From Fimbriosthenelais zetlandica (taxonomy: Eukaryota), in NCBI GenBank assembly GCA_977030845.1, contig OZ365110.1, positions 27,342,001-27,406,000 of the forward strand: a DNA stretch of 64,000 nucleotides, given 5' to 3'. Numbering within the stretch: position 1 is the first letter of the stretch; the number at the start of each line of letters is the position of its first letter. Below, piece by piece: positions 38,524 to 50,646 of this stretch. The notes under the pieces were generated by a model. The model saw only the letters and a list, made by a program, of their open reading frames with translations. It did not search any database and was not told the origin of the DNA. The translations under genes were made by a program, and so were the position numbers.

Positions 38524-38763
38524 GTTGTCGTAACGCACTCTCGGCCGTAACACAGTCACAAAGAGCCGATTCCCAATCAGGCCGCCAAGGGAAAAGTGGC
38601 TCCAAACAAAAGCAGACAACGTCCAGATCCCGAGTACAGACCAATAGCAAGAAAAAAGGCGAGAAAATTCGAGAATCGCCCGAAGATCATCTGGCAGCAA
38701 TAGGTGGAAGAGACACGTCTTTGTTTTTGTTCAGAGCATTGGGAAAAATTCTCTACTGCAAAC
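38524..38763 (+). CDS. RAD17: RAD17 internal exon (first one found in window; phase 1 to phase 1)
   Basis: tttatctttcag|GT...AAAC|gtaagt. Encodes ...HLAAIGGRDTSLFLFRALGKILYCK(R), matching the recalled human RAD17 segment AIGGKDVSLFLFRALGKILYCKR. Confidence 0.93.
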
Positions 38764-41700
38764 GTAAGTATTAGGCCTATTTATCTTTCCCTTTAGTCTT
38801 TTTGGTAAAACTGGAATTTAAATTAGTAAAGTTTGAATGAAGTACAATTTATATATAAGTTGTTCAATTCTCCTAGCATTCCCCAAATTTGCCTCCAACC
38901 ACCCCACCCCCAAGATAGTACTAACTGGTTTGTGAGCCATGCCTTGAATTGTCTATAAGTGTAGTGTAAAAGAACCATTGCTGCCATCATGTACCAACAA
39001 TGTGTTTCCTACTTGTTGAGTTTACTCGCCCAGAGACAGTCTAAGAAATGCTGACTGGACGTGAAGCATCTGTTCACCCGCCCTCAAGCTCGCACATTAC
39101 TAAAGCTTGAATCAAATATTTAGACTGATCACTGCACATCGCTCACTGCACATTGTGCCGGATTCGCTGGAGAGACCCTTGGCCTTTAGATCTCCATGGC
39201 TGAATAGCCACTGCCTTGTATCTGTCTACCACGCTTCTAAGGTACATTGCACAGCCTTATCACTGCCTGAAGATAGGCTCCCCAGGGCATAACATGGATG
39301 CCCACAATTGTCTGTTAAATCCAGATCCTTTTACCCCATCAGACACACACCTTCCAACCGCCAGCCCAGGTATAATGACCAACATTTATAGATGAATCAT
39401 AATATAATGAATCATAATGAAACCGCGAATAGATGAAGCTCTATGACTGATTTCTGTATTATGTTTCCCAGCAAGTTATATGAGTATAATTTGGTAACAT
39501 TTTTATCCTCGATGAGTCAAACTTGCGTTTCTTTTGTCATAACCTTGCACAGGGATTAGACTAGCACTCTGCATCATCACGCGAAAGAGTTTAGTAAACA
39601 TGACTACTTCTGATATTGCGTGTTCCATAATGAAGATTTCAATGGAAAACTGGGAAGACAAAACGAGAATTACAATTATGAGTTCTTTAAGTCGAAGAAT
39701 ATGCATATGAAACTAAGGATTGTCTCTGACATAACCTCTCAAGTGTCCTCTAAAAATTGCATTGTTCAAGTTCCTTGCGTGTAGTATTCTGGCAGAATGA
39801 ACTCCGAAAGTTTGACATATTGATTTTCTGCTACTAACACGATTAAAATAGAACCGTTAAATGTATGTCACTGCATGACAACGGCAAATGAATGTTCCTA
39901 GTAAATTTGTTAGGTACCATTTGAAATGTCATTAAACGATTCACAAAAAGTGTTTAGAAAATTGGTGTAATTTTGTGGCTGAACAATTTTGAATCATTAA
40001 GCAGATTTTTCTTATGCTCGTTGAATAAAAGTCCATTAGGAGTTACAAGAAATGCATTTAATGATTTGTTTGGATTCTGCAGTTAGCGTGTCTGTTTTCT
40101 TTGTGTCTCCAATCCTGTTTCCCATGGTCGTGACTCAATTTGGATGAAATTTAATGCTGCAAATAATTTTCGTTTCAAAGATAAATGGATCATGGGAAAT
40201 GCCAGGCACAGGGCTCCCTGTCTGCCATGGACCATCCTTCCCGGTTGTGGTATAAGTATCTAAATGATGTTATTGAAACATTATAGGTAACTATTTAAAA
40301 GAAATATTCAGGAAAACTTGTACATATTAGCATTATTTTTTCCCCTTAGAAATATTCAATGTGAGAGAAAACATAGAGAGACCTATAGAGTGAAAATCCC
40401 TATTAGTATGAGCCAAGAAGCTATCATTTCCAGGAACCCTCTTTTAATAGTAAATGACCCGGATAGGACGGAAGCACTCATCTTGCCTTTAATGGTTCTC
40501 ATTAGATGAAAACCCAACACTGGTCTCCACTCTTGTAACCAGAGTTTAGATTATTCACTGAGATTCAAGCAATCCAGTCAGCCAAAAACACGCCATGCGA
40601 CACGAAACAAGCTGAAGAAATTCCAAACTGATGTTCGCAATCGACCAAACTTTCCTGTAACTGATGTCCAGGCAATCAATTAAGTCAAAAACGTTTTTAA
40701 TTTTCCTCGTTACCTATGCCCATTAGTGTCGGAGGAAGCACTTTTCTTGCATTATCGCCCAGCTGTAAAGGAAGGAAGTGATTTATATTCAACTTCCGTG
40801 CCAAAGTAAGCGACCACTTCGTGTCGCCATGCATGCAGCAATTTTTGCTATGCCAGTCTTGTGCCAATCACAGCATACCGAATTACTGAGACAATTAGAC
40901 TACATTCATGGGTGAATAGGCCTTTGTTCCTAGCGTGAAATTAATTTTGAAATGAATTTAAAAATATCTCTTGGTGGCTGTTGTTGGCGCTATTTCAGCT
41001 TAATGTGATTCTACGATATTTGGGGCGAGGCAGTGTTTTCATTCACTTCAATTGTAATTATCAAGACACATTTTAGAGTAACTTAATGTTCTGTTGTTTG
41101 GGCGTCGTGATTTCTGCAAGAGCAGTCATTGCCTAACTTCAGAGCTGCAGTTTAAAGACACGCTTCCCCAAGAAATACATAAATTCCCAAAGGTATAATT
41201 TCTTAAACTTCATCGTTATGAAATTCTGAATAAATCACAATAGTAAAGTGCTATAGTTGGTATCTCAATCAGTAGAGTGTAAAGTCTTGTTTGCCGTGAC
41301 TGATTCTTCGATATCTGCAATGCAATAATATGTTAGATTTCAATCCCAGGTGCGTGATAAGTTTCAAGAATCTCTATATAGAAAATCAGATAACAAATTA
41401 TATGAAATGAAGCCACACCCTTACCACGACTTGGTAACAAGTCATTTCATTAAACAGTTTTCCAGTAATTAAGCACCATATGAAGCACGACTATGAAATG
41501 ATGGATGGCCTGTCTTTGAAATAATTCCTTGGTATAATCTATCATGATATGATGTGATATAGTACCACCCATCAATTTCTTCTTTCTGACTGTGATCCGT
41601 TCTTACCTCATTTTTAATACACACCAGACTTAATTTGTTTATGTTTTGTCCTGCAGTCATCAATGAATGTATAATTATTATACACGAGTGTAACACTGTT

Positions 41701-42032
41701 GCTCAAGTATACTTTCTTAAGCTTTTCTCACTCTATCAGTCACTGTCAATTGGACGAAGTGTATCAATTTCATTGAAACCAGTGATGCAATATTAGATAA
41801 ATGAATATGTATCTTGCGAATCTGTGTGAATTTAAGTGTCAAGAAAGGCAGTGACGGTGAGGAATTGAAGTCCATGGATGCACCATGATACTTTGCCAAT
41901 GGCCAGCAATTGTTCCTGCCCCTCGATCCTTGCCTTCCCTTTCTCCCTGAATAAGTAGATGGTCAAACCCCATCGTGTTTCAATCAGACGGTTTAGCCAT
42001 TGAACAAGACAATGTTATCTTGTTCTTTTCAG

Positions 42033-42121
42033 GGTGTGATCCAGCTGATGATCCTGACCATGTCCGACCACCACCTCACCTCAGCCATCATGACCGTGAT
42101 CCACTTCTCATACAACCAGAG
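42033..42121 (+). CDS. RAD17: RAD17 internal exon (phase 1 to 0)
   Basis: ttcttttcag|GG...CCAGAG|gtaagt. Encodes (R)CDPADDPDHVRPPPHLSHHDRDPLLIQPE, like human RLPSHLSEYERDTLLVEPE. Confidence 0.9.
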
Positions 42122-43784
42122 GTAAGTTTATGCTGAAACAAGCAAGAAAAACAAGCAAGAACTACTATGTAACGGATCCCACTAATGGACTATACACTAT
42201 ACCCATGGGACTGAAAGATTGTTGTGGTCATAATATTTCGAAAGTAGGCGCCTTGGTTTTGGTCAGTAGTCAAGCACTGCTATGGTCGTTTTAGTAAGCT
42301 GTTGATATGTGTGACTATACACTTACTCACTATGCATTTTAATTTGGAGTGGGAAGCTTTTGGCACTTTCATTTGAGCCATGTCAGGGTTCACATTAAAT
42401 GTCTGGGCATCAGGCCCGCTGTGAATACTATGATAAGGTACAATGTGTGAAGGTAAGCTGCACCGTTTGCCTCTGCTTATTTCTATTGTTCTCCAGTTAT
42501 GTTTTCGTAATGAGGACTCGGGTGGTTAATGAAGTGCATGATATGTCAAAATGACTTAATCCATCTTCACATATTAGTGCCTTGCCTACTGGCCTATATT
42601 TTTCCCCTAAGGGTATTTCGAGAGGAAAGGTTCTTATTAAGCTGAAGATGACTACTCAACTGTCTTGGCATTGAAAGTAAATTTTATATTATCCGACATA
42701 ATGAATGAAAACAAGTCTATGTCTATTTTCTTTTTAAATCTAATAGTGAATTAATTCACATTGACATTGAATTTCACACCCCTGCCATGTTTATTCAAAT
42801 AAAACCAAAGCAAATTTTATTTTAATGCACTTGATTGGCATTTCTGCTTGATCATTCAGAGCAGAATGTTTCCATTTTAATGATTAGGAGGACGTGACTT
42901 GATGACTAATTCATGAAAGAGTCAAAAGATGGTTGATTGGATTATTGAATTGGCAGATCTCCTTCTTAAGTTGGAAGTAAAGTGCTTCACTTCTCCCTGC
43001 CAGCTGTTGCTCCGCACCACTCCCGATAATTAGATTCCAGTTGAGTTGCTTTTAATCGAGGAAACACTGAAGTTCTTTGCAGGATTACAGTACGTCCCGC
43101 TCCAACCTTTTAAGCATCCCGTATATATATGGCATATATATCTTTCAATGATAATTTTCAGTGTTCAGTTATTCGCCAGTTCAACATTCCCTTCTTCGTT
43201 GGTTTGTTTATTCATTCATCCCCTAGCTTTCCCTCATTTCATCATCTAATCACTAAATTTTCTATACCCATCCTATCTACCACCAAACGTGTTCCCTGGT
43301 AAAACAAATACAATGTAGACGGTTAAATAATATTCTGCCTGTGTTTACATATGTAAAGGCATTTGTTTAATTCATGAAACCTCTAAGAACCTGAAGTCGT
43401 TCAAATTGTCAGATAGCACAACCATCTGCATTTCTGATGTGCGAACTCAGCTTGAAGCTATTTATGTTGGCCTTGTTATCCTAACGAAGGTATTTTGTCC
43501 GGAGACAGAAATCATGTATGCACACTTAAATCTCCCCTTTTATGACAATTGCCGGTCTGCTGTCACTTCCGTTTTTCTATTATCACTCAACAAGTCCTCG
43601 GGTACTGGCAGCTTTCCTTCCCGTTTTTCTATGTGTTGATATGGGAATTTTGACCATAGGCAATTCATGATTCAGCACCAACCTGTTAGTGCTTTGGATT
43701 GAATTGCTATAATCAGTAAGGCCTTAAATGTTTTATAAGAAAAGTTTCATATTAATTTTAATGCTGCCATCTTCTCATTTTCAG

Positions 43785-43931
43785 GAGGTATTAGATAAGT
43801 GCCACCTATCTGGGGAGTATCTTACTAGTTACCTTCATCATAATTACATGGGTTTCTACCAGAAGCTTGATGATGTGGTACGAGCTTCAGAGTATCTCAG
43901 CGACTCGGATTACCTCACTGCTGATTGGGTG
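43785..43931 (+). CDS. RAD17: RAD17 internal exon (phase 0 to 0)
   Basis: cattttcag|GAG...GTG|gtaagt. EVLDKCHLSGEYLTSYLHHNYMGFYQKLDDVVRASEYLSDSDYLTADWV, like human EVVEMSHMPGDLFNLYLHQNYIDFFMEIDDIVRASEFLSFADILSGDW. Confidence 0.94.
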
Positions 43932-43994
43932 GTAAGTTAATTAATTAGTTATAATCCTAATTTGTTCTCTATAACCCTAATCACCTCTCTATCA

Positions 43995-44105
43995 ATCAGG
44001 CAGTCCATCTTCCGTTTCCTATCTTACTTCCTTCCCTTCTTGTCTTCCTTCTTTCCTTCCTTCCATCTTTTCCTGCTTCCTTCCTTGCTCTCCCCTTTTC
44101 TTCGA
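43995..44105. repeat. Pyrimidine-rich (TTCC-like) low-complexity tract
   Basis: Degenerate CTTCC/TTTC run in RAD17 intron. Confidence 0.75.
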
Positions 44106-47100
44106 CTCATCCATCCAGTTATTTTATCAACGATTGCTAATTCTCAACATTCTAGAGAAGGCAATAGGCATACTCATAATTATGTATCGGGAAATCTATG
44201 GCTATGAAAGTAACATGTACATATCATGTTTCTTATGTTTTCGTTGGACCTCCTTCGGTCTTCCTGAGTTCCTCGTCTCTTCTATTCATTAATCTGTGAA
44301 AGGCTGTGCAGACCGTTGTAGTTTTTGGGTGGCATTCCGCCTCCAGCACTTCTGGCATTGAATAGCCACCGTCTGATGGGACCAATGAGGAGGGCATTTT
44401 TAACCTGAGGACAACTTCCCCTGTCAATATACTTGGTGATCATTACTGTTCAGACTACATCCTTTCCGGTAGTCTGGCCATTAGTTCCGCTTGGTCAGCC
44501 AATAATTATAGTCTATCAATGTGGCCTAGACAAGCCCCAACCTTAAACCTCCATTATCCTCACCCTGCTTAACACCCTACCACTGCTCATCCATCTGCAG
44601 ACCACCACCCACCCTGCTACCTCTCTCATTGTCCCCCAGAGCCCTATATTCACCGCAAAGGGCCATGGCCCTTCTGGCAGGTCATCTATATTCACCCTCC
44701 TGGGTGACGTGTCGCTGGGAGGCCTACATTGCTAAGGATGGTCACACCATGGCCTGCTATTCGTCTTCTATGGCGTCTCCAGAGAGATCAAGGATCTGAC
44801 GTATGCCACCATCATTGTAACATCGAAGGCAATGTCTCGTAGTGCCTCAAGGTGGGCTTTGGTTTACTTTGTCATCCTTTATCAAGTTGCTCGCTCACCG
44901 AGGTGTGGCAGTGATATGCGAGGGTCAGGAACTTTTGATCCAGAGGACCTTCTTCACAACTTATATTTAAGGACTAAATCTTGACCTTTCCCATGTGTTT
45001 CAACGCGGCTCGTTTTTAAAAGAAAGTTTCAGTACTCGGCTGTGCATTCCTAACTCGATTAAATCTCGGGGATTTACATGACGGCTGGACGTAACTTGAC
45101 CCACAAAATAACAGTCCAAAAACGTTGCCACTACTGCAAGCAAAGATCAAAAAATGACATGTCATTTAACCTTGTTTCCATCGCACGTGATTCAAAACGT
45201 TCCTACTGGCATCAGTTTACTAAATTAACAATGGCGCTCTAATTTCATTGGCTGAGCCCACATGTCCGTGACCTCCATTCTGACGATCTAATCATGTCAT
45301 TGGACATCAACAACTCACGTGACCAACAATAACTTTGTTTCCAATCAGGGCCAAACTAAACAGGAGTGGTATTATATTACGAAGGGAAATTGAAAAGGGG
45401 CTTTCTTTATTGTTTGGTCAGTCGTTGTCAGTTTGATGACCGTTAAACCAAATCCCTGTAGAGTTCACCTTGTATACGCGGCTGACTACCACGGGTCCAT
45501 CTTATGAGCCGCCATATTTATGAGCCAGAGGGCGAGGCTGGTCTGCCTCCTCTCCTGGGCCGACAAACAAGCGGCAAAATCACAGAAAATAATCACATCC
45601 CATTTCCACCCAAGCTATCATTTATCAGTAAATAACTACTGAGTTTGCAGTAAGGGCGGGGATCATTTTGCATCTATACTGCACGTGTAATCTCTCTTCC
45701 ATATACTTCTGTAGAATATCGTCACCCTTCTGGCCTTTACTACTACTGTCAGTTCTTTGAGAAGAGTCCTCCGTAATTGGCCGCCTGGGATAGGCTTACC
45801 AGACTAATTTGAGCTATCAATACATATTGACTTTGAGTGTGCTGCCAGGTACTATCCATCTTTCTAAGGGGTCAGTGAACCACCATGATAAGAAAATATA
45901 TTTGATATGCACTGTTGAGGGGATGATTGACTGTACCAGTCTTAAAGTCCACTGCTTTGGGGTTTGATTTCGAGAGAGCTGCGCTTGAAAACATGACTAG
46001 AAATTTTAACACATATTATGCTTATACCTAATTAAGTCTCTGATTTCCATATAATCCCTAACTGGATTCAGACATTAATCTGACAGTCATAGAATTGACA
46101 CCAGTTCACGGTCCAATGGTATACTTAGATTGTGTCATTGACTCAATGTGAATAACCTCCAGGACCTACAGTACAGTATATAGGATAGAATAAAAGAATA
46201 AAATATGTTAGACCTAGCTGTTATCTCGTCATTGCCTCAGGGGAAAGGAGAAATTTCCAATTAACCTGCCCCATTGTTGATGGCTTTTTGTCACTGGATG
46301 ATAAATATTAAGTTAGTTTCCATGGACAGGACCATTTGGGGGCTTTGGAGAATGAATGGTTGGAATTCCGCTTGGATCCAACTGTCAAAGGAACTTGATC
46401 TTTCTTAAGCTCTTCGTAAAGCCCCGCCCTCCTTCAATTCAAATCCCTCTCTCCCCAGGACAGCTTGAAAAATTCACGAAGGATGTGAAGGTATCCTTGA
46501 GAGCCACTCTGGAGTCACCCAGAAATTTCCGAGAGAAAGTATCCACAAATAAATGAGGCAATCTAAAAAACTGTGTGAAAATCACTGGTTGACAAAGGTT
46601 TGTGATATATCAGTGTCATATTTCATCATTGGGATGCTTCGTCTTGTGCAGACAAGGAATCAATCCATCTTTTTGTCCTTTCCTTGTCTGATCCCGCTCA
46701 CAGTCCTACCTGTCATACATCAGGCCTCCCCGCCTGTCTCCCCCGTACATGTCGCCTCTCATTCGCCTGCTCTTTGACCAGCCGTGCCTTGCCACGGCCC
46801 AGATTCTCTCACTAGCTGAATATAATTTTATGAGAGTCAGAGAGGAGGTTGACATGATTGGTGAAGAAGTGATGGATTACCGATCTCAGATATAGGCGAC
46901 ATTTCCTTATACATTTTTAATCGTGTTCTGTTAATGTGTCTGGCCACTCCCGTTTTAATCTGGCATAATCATATATGATGGGCCTATTCACGTTTCACAA
47001 TAATTTGGTTTAATGAATAAATTATTCATTTAAAACCCATCTTTATTCACATAGTCAAATCTCATTATTCAATATCCATTATACGGATTTTATCCTCCTA

Positions 47101-47348
47101 TTCTGAACGGAATGGTGCATCCTATTATACGGATTCATTTTCTCTTCCCAGGTAGGCAGAGTGAATATTATGTCTAGGATGAATGAAAAAATGATCACAT
47201 CAGGCATAAAATGTGATGATATGATATATTTGTCTGTCTGGCATGGACGGCCACCTACGTTCTGGCCCTTTTTTTTTCTTTTTTTTTTTTTAGAAATCTA
47301 CTCTAATCCCGTATTCATTATGTCTCCCTACCTGTCTGTATCTCTGTA

Positions 47349-47396
47349 TATCTCTCCCCCTATCTCTCCCCCTATCTCTCCCCCTATCTCTCCCCC
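47349..47396. repeat. 4 x 12-bp tandem repeat (TATCTCTCCCCC) within a pyrimidine-rich tract (about 47265-47635)
   Basis: Four perfect copies read directly; explains the PPIS-repeat ORF 47161-47640. Confidence 0.9.
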
Positions 47397-48053
47397 AACT
47401 CGCCCTCTCTCTTATTCACCTTCTCTGTCTCTGAGTCCCCGTCTTTTGTCTCAGTATCCCACTTCCACCTCTGTCTGTCTGTCTCCCGGCCACTATCTCA
47501 GTCTGCCTTTCGTTTTCCCCGGTGCTCTTTCATTGCCCCCCCCCCCCTCCCGCCCACCCACTCACTACCCTGTGTTTCTCCCTCTATATCTCCTGTTGAT
47601 CATCTCTTACATATCTCCCACCCGATCTCTGATCTATTGATCAATCATTGATAATTATCTGTATAAAGCCAAATATTGCTTTCATTGGAATATAGTCATA
47701 CTTTATCATTGATATCCTGGAGTATTCATTGTCATAGATGCTGTACACCAACATCCTGTTTGCCTTCCCGCCCACTAGCTATCTGCTCCATAATATATTT
47801 GTGTCTCATGGTAAACAAAAACATAATTACAGCATGATTGATGGTGGGAAACTGCCCTTATTATGGTCAAAAGGCTCATCTGTTATACCAACTTTCAATA
47901 AGACCTTGGCAACTGTCAGGCCGTAGTTAATTACAACTATAAAACATGGTTTATCATTCATGCACAATTTATAATTTGAAATTGTTACTAATATTTCATC
48001 TCGTTGTTTTAGTCTAAAATGTAATTGTCTTCCATCGCCATGTACATGTTCGT

Positions 48054-48650
48054 ACTACTTGCAATCCACATTTCCATACTTTAGCCTACATACAATTCAC
48101 ATTTCTATATACTACTTATAAACCACGTCTCCATAATTATACTACTTTCAATCCACATCTCCATATTTTAGCCTACTTACAGTGCACATTTCTATATACT
48201 ACTTATAAACGGCACTTCCATAATTATACTACTTTCAGTCCTCATCACCATATTATCTTAGCCTACATACAATTCACATTTCTATATACTACTTATAAAC
48301 CACATCTCCATATACTACTTTCAATCCACATATCCACATCAGTCTACTTACAGTGCACATTTCTATATACTACTTATAAACGGCACTTCCATAATTATAC
48401 TACTTTCAGTCCACAGCACCATATTATCTTAGCCTACTTGCAATCCATATTTCTATAGAGTAGGTACTTATAAACCGCCTCTCCATATATATACTACTTT
48501 CATCCACATCTCCATATTTTAGCCTACATAAAGTGCACATTTCTATATACTACTTTTAAAGCGCATCTCCATATATACTACTTTCCACATCTCCATATTG
48601 TAGCCTACTTACAGTCCACATCTCCTTAATACTACTGACAGTCTCCATAA
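48054..48650. repeat. Minisatellite, about 28-30-bp monomer with about 87-bp trimeric higher-order period
   Basis: Monomers like TACTACTTNCAATCCACATCTCCATA. The TAGCCTAC variant recurs at about 48082, 48169, 48259, 48340, 48430, 48520 and 48601. Confidence 0.9.
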
Positions 48651-48754
48651 TAATATTGGGCTACTTTCTTTACTTTTCCATTCCTCTTCTCTGTTCCCGC
48701 CATTCTCTTTACTTCTCTGCGCAGTAAGTAAGTGTCTCAATGTTCATCTTTTAG

Positions 48755-48907
48755 GGTCGTGCCACCTTGCGGAACTATGCAGCATCAGTAGCAGGGCGTG
48801 GATTAATGCACGCCAATAGCATCAGAGGGCGTAGCAGTGGTGGCGGTCCCTCAGGGCTGGGCTTCAAGCCCCTCCATAAACCTGCTTGGTATGATATCAT
48901 GAGAAAG
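48755..48907 (+). CDS. RAD17: RAD17 internal exon (phase 0 to 0)
   Basis: catcttttag|GGT...AAG|gtaaat. GRATLRNYAASVAGRGLMHANSIRG...GFKPLHKPAWYDIMRK, like human LLREYSTSIATRGVMHSNKARG...SFRPLHKPQWFLINKK. Confidence 0.94.
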
Positions 48908-49024
48908 GTAAATTGCCAGATATTCAGACGCACTTACCTTCACTCTTGGGCTTACATGACCTTTGAATTTATCTAACTTGTATAGTGCTTTATTGATAAA
49001 ATAAAATAAAATTTACTCTTACAG

Positions 49025-49064
49025 ATGCGGGATAATTGTCAAGATGCACGCAGTATATTTGCTG
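49025..49064 (+). CDS. RAD17: RAD17 internal exon (phase 0 to 1)
   Basis: tactcttacag|ATG...GCTG|gtaaga. MRDNCQDARSIFA, like human YRENCLAAKALFP. Confidence 0.88.
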
Positions 49065-49266
49065 GTAAGAAAAAATAGAATATAGATAGAAACCTATATC
49101 ACTGGGTTATGTAATATATTTGTATGACTTTCACTTATGCATTTCGACCCTGACAAAGAAAGGAACATTGATGGTATTGTTATTATGTAACTCATATAGT
49201 TATTCCCTATATCTGATAGAGATTTGGTGGAATAAGACAAATTATTTTTGTTATTGTTATTTTCAG

Positions 49267-49356
49267 AACGCGTTCAAACCTGTCCACCTCGTGAACTTCT
49301 CACTCAGATGCTGCCCTTCCTAGCTAAGATTACAAATGGAAATGGTCTCAAATCTG
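49267..49356 (+). CDS. RAD17: RAD17 internal exon (phase 1 to 1)
   Basis: ttattttcag|AA...TCTG|gtgagt. (E)RVQTCPPRELLTQMLPFLAKITNGNGLKS, like human LPALCLQTQLLPYLALLT. Confidence 0.88.
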
Positions 49357-49378
49357 GTGAGTGGAAAATTATAATGTG

Positions 49379-49576
49379 TTTAGATTTAAGTTCTTTTGCT
49401 GAAGTTCTCTAAATAGATTATTTAGAGGAGACTCAATTAGGCTATAAGTCCTTTTGATAATGGAGTGCTGCTAGTGGGTTTTGATTTAGATATAAGTTCT
49501 TTTGTTGAAGTTCTCTAATAAAATATTTAGAGGAGAATAAATTAGGCTATAAGTCAATTTGATAATGGAGTGCTGT
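49379..49576. repeat. About 105-bp tandem duplication in RAD17 intron
   Basis: TTTAGAT(T/A)TAAGTTCTTTTG(C/T)TGAAGTTCTCTAA...TTTAGAGGAG...ATTAGGCTATAAGTC...TTTGATAATGGAGTGCTG at about 49379 and 49485. Confidence 0.88.
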
Positions 49577-50221
49577 TCAGCAATTTCGCTGCGTATATAA
49601 TGGCTAGCTGCAAGGATCGTAGCAGTGGACTAAGTTGTGAGGGATACGACAAGGAAAATGTAGTGTTGTCCTAACATTCTAGGGAGTATATGACAATTCT
49701 ACCTATTCGTACTAAATAATCTGCAATAAAGGCATGATTGAGATCATTGGAGAAAATTTAGTTCCAAGTAATCACACCTGATGACTCTAAATTCATTGGA
49801 TAATTCTTCCGAGTATACCCATGGTTCCGTGTAAGCCCACTAGATGGTGCCATAGATGGTGCCAGAATCATTGGAGAATTTGGCCTCTCTGGTTAATAAT
49901 GATAGGCCTCATGATGGCCCTTCAGTGGAGCTTATTTGCAGCCCTGTACAACTATTGCCAGGTATGGCAACTGGTGCAAGGTCTAATCGTATTTTGGTTC
50001 TGAATTTGGGATTTGCCCTTGAGTTTAGGTCACCAATACGTGTCACTTTCCCTGGGGCACTATCTATTGTGAAAATTGCATAGGGATATTTGGTTGTAAT
50101 AGCTCTGAAATTAGACAGAATAAAACTATTGCATAGGTGATTCTTCTTAGTTCTGTTTCTCAATTCTTTCAAATTCCAAGCATAGGCTAATCTCACCAAA
50201 AGTGTCGACCCATCTTTTTAG

Positions 50222-50276
50222 GGCAAGGTGGGTTTCTCCGTGACGTCTGCAGGATGTCTTCCAAGATTCAGTTTCG
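50222..50276 (+). CDS. RAD17: RAD17 internal exon (phase 1 to 2)
   Basis: catctttttag|GG...TTTCG|gtatgc. (G)QGGFLRDVCRMSSKIQF(R), like human QISFIQDIGRLPLKRHFGR. Confidence 0.85.
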
Positions 50277-50391
50277 GTATGCATCTTCCTCTCTCTCTGA
50301 AAATATGGCTCAGTTTCATAGTTAGCGACAATAGATTCTTTTCTACATGGGCACGAGTATACCAATAACTCATATTATAATTTAACTCTAG

Positions 50392-50563
50392 GCCCGGTGA
50401 GCGCCTGGATGAGAAAGATGTGGATGGGGGAGAGCCTGAGGACATTGACTCCACACTGCCTGTCACGGCGACTGGAACTGTGGAAACAGGAGCTGCTCAG
50501 GCAATAGAAAATACAGCCGAGCCAGAGGATGAGGAGCTCAATATTGATGATTTCGATGACTAA
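50392..50563 (+). CDS. RAD17: RAD17 terminal coding exon
   Basis: tttaactctag|G CCC GGT GAG... ending ...EDEELNIDDFDD TAA. Acidic tail typical of RAD17; phase 2 matches the previous exon. Confidence 0.88.
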
Positions 50564-50640
50564 TAGAGTAGTTTTTCTCTATTTAAACTTTATAAATATG
50601 GACATCGAGCAATTTGTACCGACTTACAGGACGACCAAGT

Positions 50641-50646
50641 AATAAA
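50641..50646 (+). promoter_or_regulatory. Candidate RAD17 polyadenylation signal AATAAA
   Basis: AATAAA 78 nt after the stop codon, followed by T-rich sequence. Confidence 0.5.
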
